Shown piece by piece: positions 54,227 through 64,000 of a DNA stretch of 64,000 nt. Position 1 is the stretch's first letter. The number at the start of each line of letters is the position of its first letter. Under the pieces are notes generated by a model. The model saw only the letters and a program-made list of their open reading frames with translations. It was not told the DNA's origin and searched no databases. Origin of the DNA: Octopus sinensis (Eukaryota); NCBI RefSeq assembly GCF_006345805.1, contig NC_043004.1, positions 13,516,001 through 13,580,000 of the forward strand, written 5' to 3'. Both the position numbers and the translations under genes were made by a program.

Positions 54227-55899
54227 CATACGTATAAGTTCTAACACGCTTTTGTATACACTGAAGAATATACGTCACTGTGTTTATAATTTATAGCAAC
54301 GCATGTACTGTGTCTGTTGTAATTAGCGATTTGTAAAACGTGTAGGTAGATGTGCGTGCCTTAATTTTGTTCCACATCACGATGTCTAATTGAAAACATT
54401 TAGACAAACACACTGTTTGCATAAACACGTTTAGAGCAGCGGGTACAATAGACACAGAGCGTTAAGGTGACAGGCAGGTAGGCAAGCAGTTCTTGATTCA
54501 GAGAGTTGGAGATAATGTAAATAGAAAGAGATGGACATTATTAAAAAGGTAAGTATAAAATATTGGTTTCGTTGTGATAGAATCACTTCTATTACAAGAC
54601 TGATTTTTTTTTGTTAGGACCCCATCCGTTTTCAAATGTGTTCAGAATGATGAAAATGAAATTAACGTTTTGATTTCAAATTTCCTCTCAAGGCCCGCCA
54701 GTTCTTGGTTGGTGGATAGTCATTTATAATGACCCCAGTGCTCAACTGCTATTTATTTTATCGAGCCCGCATAGATCAAAGGCAAAGCCGATCACGGCGA
54801 TATTTGAACTCAGAACGTAAAGACAGATGAAATACTGCTAAGCATTTTGCCTGGTCTGCTAACGATTCGGCCAACTCGCCGCTTGAAATGAAATAAAAAT
54901 ATTGCAGTTAAAGATCAGAAGCTGTTCTTGGATTTTGTTTCTAAGATATCCAGGAATCTTGATATGGTTAAGAAGCTTGCTACCCAACTATATGTTCTTG
55001 GTTCAATCCCGGTGCGCAGCAACTTTGGCAATTGTCTACTAATATATCCCTGGACCGACCAAATCCATATGAACGGATTTAGAACCGGAAAGCTGAAGAA
55101 ATCTGTCACGTATGTATTAATGATAGTCACGTATGCATTAATGATAGTCCAACTTATTGTCACTCTCAGGTTTTATTATTTACAATTTTTACGATTTTTT
55201 TTACAATATTGAAATAAACTAGTATTTTCATGGTTTACGCAATCATCAAGGTTATGTATTGACAGTTGTGTTCCACATCTGACAACAGTTACCAATTGTG
55301 GAACATGACTGTCACTACGTAAACCTGATGGTTCCGTAAAATATGGAAGTACTACTCTTTTACGCTTTTATTTGTTTCAGTCATTTGACGGAGGCCATGC
55401 TTGAGCACCACCTTTAGTCGAGCAAATCGACCTCAGGACTTATTTTTTGTAAGCCTAGTACTTATTCTATCGGTCTCTTTTGCAGAACCGCTAAGTTATG
55501 GGGACATAAACGCCAGCATCGGTTGTGAAGCGATGTCGGGGGGACAAACACAGACACAAACACACACACACATATGTATATATATATAATTATATACGAC
55601 GGGCTTCTTTCAGTTTTCGTCTACCAAATCCACTCACAAGCTTTGGTCGGCTCGAGGCTATAGTAGAAGACACCTGCCGAAGGTGCCACGCAGTGGGACT
55701 GGACTCGGAACCATGTGATCAAATATTGTAAATAATAAACCATGAAAAATCAATTTAAGTTAGAATAACATTGATTAATATATTCATCTATACACAATCA
55801 TACAAACTCATATATATATATATATATATATATATGGGTCAAAACTGTTTGAGGACAACGGTCATCCAATACTGTGTATACAACTTTGGTCTTGCTATT

Positions 55900-56160
55900 T
55901 TCCATGGAAAGCGATAGTTCCTGTAGCAATCATGAATTAGCTAGTGAATTTGGTGGAGAAAACAGTGTGGCTGAGCAGAGGATTGGTACGATTTCAACGA
56001 TGGGCAAGTGCAACATGTTCAGCCAGCAGAAAGCCATGACCATGAGAATGTAGACATGATGTACCACATTACTGAGAATTAGCGACATTTAGTCCCTGTT
56101 AGGGCATTATTCTAGATGGAAATTTCCAATGTAAAACATGAGACTCGATGGTGACCAATA
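55900..56160 (+). mobile_element. Highly degenerate mariner transposase N-terminal remnant
   Basis: Fragments resembling HEL..GE...W..F..G and T.ENVD. Multiple frameshifts. Confidence 0.35.
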
Positions 56161-56575
56161 ATGTTGACTCGGTCTTTTTTCGGGATTTCTGTTATAGTTT
56201 TCCATAGTAGAATTAGTTACGTGCTAGGCTTCATATCACTTTTAAAAAGGATAATGCTCAGACACGGCATCGTCATCTCATACTCGAGAATCAAGGAGCG
56301 TCTGTCGTGTGTCTGAATGACTCTATGTGTGTGTGTGTGTGTTTTTGTGTTTCTACTTGTCCCCCGCCACCGTTTGACAAACACTTGGATTATTTACGTC
56401 CCCGGTATCTAAAGTCGCCAATACAATAAGTATCCAGTTCAAAAAAGAAAAACAAGAACAAAATGTACTGAGGTCGATCTGTTCGACCAAATCCTTCATG
56501 GCAACATCCCCAATATGACTGCAGTCCGACTGAAATAAGTAAAAGATAAAAAAAATAAAAAGATTCAATTCTAAT

Positions 56576-57083
56576 GTTCTTTCCTAATCTAGGCACAAAG
56601 CTCGAAATGTTTGTGGAGGAGGCCAGTCGATTAGCTCGGCCCCAATGTTTAATTTATCGATCCCGAAAGGATGAAAGGTAAAATATTCTTTTCTACCCTA
56701 GGCACAAGGCCCGAAATTTAGGGGGAGGGGGCAGTCGATTCGATCAACCCAGTACGAAACTGGTACTTAATTTATCAACTCCAAAAGGATGAAAGTCAAA
56801 GTCGACCTCAGTAGAATTTGAACTCAGAACGTAGCGGCAGATGAAATACCTATTTCTTTACTACCCACAAGGGGCTAAACACAGAGAGGACAAGCAAAGA
56901 CAGACAAACGGATTAAGTCGATTACATCGACCCCAGTGCGTAACTGGTACTTAATTTATCGACCCTGAAAGGATGAAAGGAAAAGTTCACCTCGGCGGAA
57001 TTTGAACTGAGATCGTAACGGCAGACGAAGTACCGCTAAGCATTTCGTCCGGCCTGCTAACGTTTCTGGCATCTTGCCGCCTT
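56576..57083 (-). mobile_element. Composite SINE array head+B+A+partial A
   Basis: Minus-strand junction aagaaata|ggtat at 56851/56850. Degenerate TSD gat(tc/cg)aattctaat at 56562-56575 and 57084-57097. Confidence 0.85.
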
Positions 57084-57454
57084 GATCGAATTCTAATACT
57101 AATAATGAACCATTCGTATTAACTGGAAATTATATAAACGATTGACTCAATCCCTATTGCTGATATGTAGTTGTTTGGCTTCGGCTCAGCACAAATCGAA
57201 GAGGCGTATGATTCAAGATATTTCATGTGTAAAAGAAAAACCGTATTTTCTTCAGTTATATCGTTATGTCGAGGATATTATGAACCACTATGATTACCCC
57301 TTAGTTAAGATTCTACATTACAGTTTCCAAAGACTTGGCTCATCTCTAAATAGTTTGAAACTATAAGTTATAGGCACCCTGTTCATCTATTTTTAGGGAT
57401 TCCGTTGAATCACATTTCTGCACCCCCTCTCTATCTCTCTCTTTCTCTCTATCC

Positions 57455-57516
<62 letters not shown>

Positions 57517-58359
57517 GTCTCCCGCTTTGCGACAAGAAGATCACACATATCATGGCGGATTGAACTTCGGGTGTAATTTTGCATAACAAAAATCTATTAG
57601 GTGTTTTCCATTACTCTACATTTTCTGTTACCCACAATGTTTATTTTAAGAGCTGTCTGAGAGGAGAGATACAGGAATGTCAAGCTATATTGCAAGTGAT
57701 TTTTTCAGGCAGAAAACTTACCACTCTTCAACAGAGCAGATTTCAAAAAATTCAGTTATCAACAATCATTTGCTAATCGCTGTGTCCGTAAACAAATCAC
57801 GAGAAATACATATACGATGTGGCCTCACATACGTAAAAATATTGAGTTGGAAAATATTGTTTAACCGATGTTATCCGAGCATGTAATAGATAAGGAAAAC
57901 AAGAACTTTCTCTTGGGGCTTTTAGGATCTAAAATCAACAAGCAGTGATATCAACATAAATATCAGTGGAGCAAAATTTTGAGAAAATATGGACGATATA
58001 GACTGAATTATGTTTTTTGAAACGTTGCTTAGTCTAACTGACATTATTAACTCCCTTCTTTGTTGCTTTTTAGGCTTTATACAACTTAGAGGGAAAATTT
58101 GTCTCGATCTCATGTATAATCACAGCATATCGAAACGTTTCTACTTCTTACGTAACATATCAAACAGTACATTTGTGTATTTAGTATATTTTATATACTA
58201 AAAAGATGTATTTCATCAGCCTGATGGTGTACATTACATACCAATGAAGTATATATGTAATCACTCTTTTAGGTAATGTTGAGATATTCGTTGCAGTTTC
58301 TTTAGCCTAAGATTACCCTTACTGAGCAAATATATATATACTATATAATATATATATAC

Positions 58360-58455
<96 letters not shown>

Positions 58456-59345
58456 ACATCGCTCGTCTTTTTCTTTTTCGGTTTTCAAGAGGCAAATAAA
58501 AGAGACAATGTCGAATGTGTACTGTATGTGATCAAAGGGATGAAAAACTCAATCGAGAAACCGTTCAACTGATTTTCTTACTCTGGGTTCAACGATAGGG
58601 CCTAGACCTGTTATTCATAGCAAATGTGGTTGCTTCAACAACTCGAACTAGCTGCCAAATCTCCCTTCATCAAAGCCCTGCCCGATTATATAAAGAGACA
58701 CATTAGAAAATGTTGTCGTCTATATTTTTATAACGACGGCGTGGCTACGGCTGAAAAGCGTTGTCTTGATCGGTGTTGACAGAACAACAGGTAAATTTTC
58801 CGAATATAGCCTGTGGTTTTAAAAATGGTGGACACACAGGAAAATGTTGACCTCGATGAAAACTATGCCTGAAGGAGAAAAAAAAACACGATCCTAACAG
58901 AATGCTTTTACTCATAGGTTTACTCGAACTGAACTAACCTGGGGCTAAAGAATAATAACAAAAGAAAAAAAACGAAAATGCTGTTCTATCGATAAGGATA
59001 TAGAGAAATTATTTGGTGAAAGAATCATGTTTTGAACGCTGTGATTGCTTAATTGATACAAAGACTTTATATTTGATGATTATATTTCGTAGTTATATCG
59101 ACCGAAGACTGACATTAACACATGTTGTCTCGTACATGGAAATTTGACCTGCTTTTAGCTTGTCTGCTGACAGATGTCATGCATGTTACAGATTAGCTGT
59201 AAATATGCCAATCATGGATTACAGTGCAACATCCAAGTGTAAAGTTCATGTTATTTACTGCTCATTTCCTTCAGCGTCGGCTGGAAGCCCTTAGGTACTT
59301 GCGGATTATTTCACAATTTTTATAATAACAATAATGATAATGGTA

Positions 59346-59387
<42 letters not shown>

Positions 59388-59953
59388 GTTATTATTATTA
59401 TTGTTATTATTATTATTGTTATGTTTACTTAGGCTTGTAAAACTTAATAATAAAACTACCAAAACAGGAACGTCCATTTTACGAGGGCCAAATACACACA
59501 CAAACACGATTTCGCAAATATATAAAGAGGAAATATTGATATACTAGAAAATAAAATGGAAATAATGGTGTTAATTTATATGATACTTAGAAAAGAAAAG
59601 TTTAACGCTTGTCAGTATACATTTCCTTGGCTACGAATTTGAATTCAGTTTCAAAACCCGTTTCCAGACCGTCGTCACGTTGTCCTTTACTCTTGGATCA
59701 ACTTCGACATAATAGGTCGATGATCAAAGACATTCCAACCGTGACCATGAATTATTACTTTCTTTTCTACTATTTCTTGTTTATACATATATGTTTATAC
59801 TTATAAAAATTTTATACAGGCATGGCTGTGTGATAAGAAGCTTGCTTCCCAACCATATGGTTCCAGGGTCAGTCCTATTACGTGGTACCCTCGGGCCGAC
59901 CAAAGCTTTTTTGACTGGATTTGGTAGACGGAAACTGAAAGAAGACCGTCGTG

Positions 59954-60006
<53 letters not shown>

Positions 60007-60009
60007 ATA

Positions 60010-60283
60010 GTAAAGTATAATAGCCATCTCAATATGGCTAACCACTAAGGGTGGATGTTACTGTAGCTTTTAGCCCCAGGAGATCATCGTCTCCAGCTGG
60101 CTTTAGGCACACTATCTCTGCCCTTAAGTTATTTGCAAAGGGAGGTCATCCCTCTCTCGTAAGCCTAAGTGATACGCACGGACCGCAGTTTCGAGGTATT
60201 TGCCTCTTGTCAACGCACGATAATCACCGGTTTGTGATGAAAAGGAAGACCTGTTTGCAAATACTTGAGAGTTTTTCTAGTAG

Positions 60284-60285
<2 letters not shown>
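60010..60285 (-). mobile_element. PLE/retrozyme-like fragment inserted in the (TA)n tract of a C-family SINE
   Basis: Separates the SINE 5' half (59815-59960) from its 3' half (60310-60525) and carries an HHR motif. Confidence 0.7.
60169..60227 (-). ncRNA. Type I hammerhead motif, second U3-A8 family
   Basis: Minus strand: GUGAUUAUCGUGCG-UUGACAA-GAGG(CAAAUA)CCUC-GAAA-CUGCGG-UC-CGUGCGUAUCAC. Confidence 0.75.
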
Positions 60286-60324
<39 letters not shown>

Positions 60325-62229
60325 TGTGTGTCTATGTTTGTCCCCCACCATTGCTTGACAACCGATGTTGGTGTGCTTACGTCCCCGTATCTTTAGCGGT
60401 TCGGCAAAAAGAGACCGATTAAGTAAGTTCTAGGCTTACAAAGAATAAGTCTTAAGATCGATTCCTTAAGGTGGTGCTCTAGCATGGCCGCAGTCAATTG
60501 ACTGGAACAAATAAAAAAAAAGAGTGTAGGATAAAATTTGAAGAAATTTTTGCCTGCTATTTCGTTATTTTTATGTCTGGTCGAGCTTCTGCGCTGACGT
60601 TCCTACATTATTTCATTGGAGGCTTTCAATGACGTCTATCTTTATGGGTTGGAACTTGCAACATCTTCTTAGTCTTAGCTTGCCACAAACAGAACGCGAT
60701 ATCACAGTGGTATCTGGCCCTGGAGTTTTTAGGGCAAAAGAAAAAAGTTGGAGTAAAGGAGTTCAGTTTCCAGAAACATTGTTTTGGGTTCAGTTTAATG
60801 GTGATTACGAAGGTGCGGTGGCTCGGGAAACATGAGCTGAAAATTTTGTCCGGCGTGTAAATGTTATCGAAAATAGTGAAGGTGGTAAACTGCTGAGAGC
60901 GTCGACAGTATTATATGAAATGTAATGAAACTAGGTTTCGTAACGGTGTATGAAGTTGTTCAGAGTTTCTGGCAGAAGTTGTTCATGCTTTCTGTTTTAC
61001 CTATTTGTCCTAGGCTGTAGTAGTACACCCAAGGTTGAAGAAGAAGAAACTTTCGTAACGCTCCGCACGGTGGAATCACACACAGACACACACAGTTGTG
61101 AAGCAAACGTTATAATCACGTAGCCATGAATACGATTGACCATGTATCACATTACATATATTATACTATGATAATTATAGAGTGGCACCCGTCGTTGAGA
61201 CCCTCGGGATGCCTTGCCGTGTAAATATCTACAGGCGGATAATTTTCAATATTATGATAACAATTATGGCGGCGAGCGGGCAGATTAGTTAGCAAACCGG
61301 ACAAAATGGCTAACGGCATTTCGCCCGTCTTTCAAATTTTCCGCCGAGGTTGACTTCCTTTCTCCATGCCAATGAAATTACATAATGATAAGGCAAATGT
61401 TGATACAACTTGACGCCTATGTTGTCACAGTCGTCGACGGCAGAAAACTAAAATCTATGACAAAAACCAAGCGCCATTATATCCGAGGTTCCTGAAAATT
61501 CCTCCACTCCACCGGCCTAGATTGATGTTATTTTATTTTCCCGACGTCGAAAAGGATGAAAGTTAATGTTGCCCCTCGGCGAGATTTGAACTAGGGAAGG
61601 ACTGAACATAGCTGGAACAAATACCGAGAAACAGCCTATATCATACCTTAAAACATTCTGCCAGACCTCTATAACAACATTCATAAAGCTATTATTTGTT
61701 TCTTAATGGTATTTCCATGGCCTACAATTACAAAAGAAAAGAGATTCTTAAGAATATGAGCTTTCTAGACATCAAATATGTACATACTTTCATGTAGCCG
61801 TTTTTTATCTTATTCTAAAAACTGCTGTCTCTCTGATTATTGTTATAAAGCCTGCTTTTTTATTTAGTCTTTTATGACAGTTAATAAGATTATATCTACA
61901 TCTGTGAATATATCGCATATATCTATTCATGTCTTCAAAGAAAACTTATAAAACTAGTTCTTCAAGTATGCACTTATATATGTATGTAGGTGTACTTTGA
62001 TATGTATTTAAGAGATTTTGTAAGATTTTGAGCGTGTATGTTTGTGTGTGTGTTTATAGAGAGTTAGCCAGAGTGATAGACAGTCAGATAGATACGAATA
62101 TACTTACATATATGTATGTGTGTTTGTGTTTGTGTGTACATATATATATATATATATATATTCATATATATATACATATATATATACATATATATATATG
62201 TATATATATAATATGCATATATATATATG

Positions 62230-62263
<34 letters not shown>

Positions 62264-62668
62264 TATTACTCTTTTACTCTTTTACTTGTTTCAGTCATTT
62301 GACTGCGGCCATGCTGGAGCACCGCCTTTAGTCGAGCAACTCGACACCGGGACTTATTCTTTTGTAAGCCCAGTACTTATTCTATCGGTCTCTTTTGCCG
62401 AACCGCTAAGTAACGGGGACATAAACACACCAGCATCGGTTGTCAAGCAATGCTAGGGTGACAAACACAGACACACAAACACACACACGCATATATATAC
62501 ATATATACGACGGGCTTCTTTCAGTTTCCGTCTACCAAATCCACTCACAAGGCTTTGGTCGGCCCGAGGCTATAGTAGAAGACACTTGCCCAAGGTGCCA
62601 CGCAGTGGGACTGAACCCGGAACCATGTGGTTGGTAAACAAGCTACTTACCACACAGCCACTCCTGCG

Positions 62669-62737
<69 letters not shown>

Positions 62738-64000
62738 TATAGTGAGGAAAGAGAGAGAGAGAAAGAAAAAAAAAGAATGACAGGAAGATGTAGACATGTT
62801 TATTTTTCTAGTTACATCTCAATTTTTGTGTCTGTGCGTGTTTATGTGTGTGCCGGTGTGTATGAACGTGTGTGTGCCTCTGTTTCTGTATGTGTGTGTG
62901 TTTGTGTTTTCGCGTGCATATGTATATATTTGTAAATCAACTATTGTTAGTTACCAACTCGCTAGGCATAAAGTACCCGCCAAATATTGTCGATTCAATA
63001 ACCTTACATCAACTTCGTAAGCAATCGGCAGTTATTAATTTCATCTGAGCCACCTAGAGCAACGTGAAATGTTGCGACTTTCTAAAAGAACGAATACAAG
63101 GCATGTTTCAAGAATCGAACCCACGGCTTTATGATTGAAAGCCCAGCACCCTTAAGACTAGGCCTAGCTTTTTCGCACACATACGCATACTCAAACACAC
63201 ATATCCTTATATGTGTGTGCGTGTGTATGTATACAAATGCATGAATATATATGCATAACCCTCACACAAACTTCCACATAAACCAAATTACATATGTATA
63301 GATACATGCATTGGAATACTTGGTTGTGTGTTTAAGCAAAAATCTGGAAAAGCAAGTATTTAAAAAAATAAAACACAGAAAAGCATTTAAACTAACTTTA
63401 CAGATAAGGGTCTATCAGAAGATTGGCTATTACATGACAGATTTTTTTAAGTACTAACTATAATTATTATCGTTGATGTTACACAAATTCCAGTTAATAA
63501 GCATTTCTTTTCATTTATGGAAACCCGATCCTTCCTGCTAGGGAGATACTAATAAATAATAAAAAGGGTAAAAGCCTGAGTATATATTATATTAGTTATT
63601 TATTAGTGTTATTGTTACAGCTTTGCCCCTCTGGCACTTAAATTTACATAGCACCCTTTCATGTCAGAAAATTATATATATATATATAGCTTGTTTAAAC
63701 TATCTTTAATTCAACAGCAGCTACTGAGATGTGTATTCATCAAAACATTTAAATACTGAATGACGTAACGCCACTTACATTTTTATCATTTTCTCTAAAT
63801 TTTTTCTCTGAAGTCCTTTCTCGGCATTTGTTTAATTTTAGTTCACTCAAGCATAAAGTCTTATTACTGAAAACTGTGTCATATGGTTGAGCTCTATGAG
63901 CATTCAAGTAACAAGTGTAGATGAATTGAAATCGTCTTGTTTAGGTCCCATATATGTTTATCTACTTATCTATCTTTCCTTATATCTATCTTTCCTTATA

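Overview
AT-rich, microsatellite-dense animal genomic DNA with a 100-N gap at 37613-37712. The SINE families look like those of a coleoid cephalopod, probably Octopus (recognised from memory, not from a database search). No complete host gene can be supported; there are only a few weak exon candidates, and nearly all ORF-track entries are translated microsatellites. The window is mostly mobile DNA: several tRNA-derived SINE families, Tc1/mariner remnants and MITEs, an 8-bp-TSD MITE, a Helentron-type element, a Tx1/L1 LINE 3' end inside (GATA)n, and Penelope-like element (PLE) remnants with GIY-YIG domains. Two observations stand out. (1) About six sequence-distinct families of type I hammerhead ribozyme (HHR) motifs occur in PLE/retrozyme-like remnants. 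One has an intact canonical core, two families carry the compensatory U3-A8 core, and one sits in a tRNA-headed SINE-like element. (2) One SINE family forms nested 184-bp arrays joined at two fixed sites in its own head. All structures were folded and aligned by eye.
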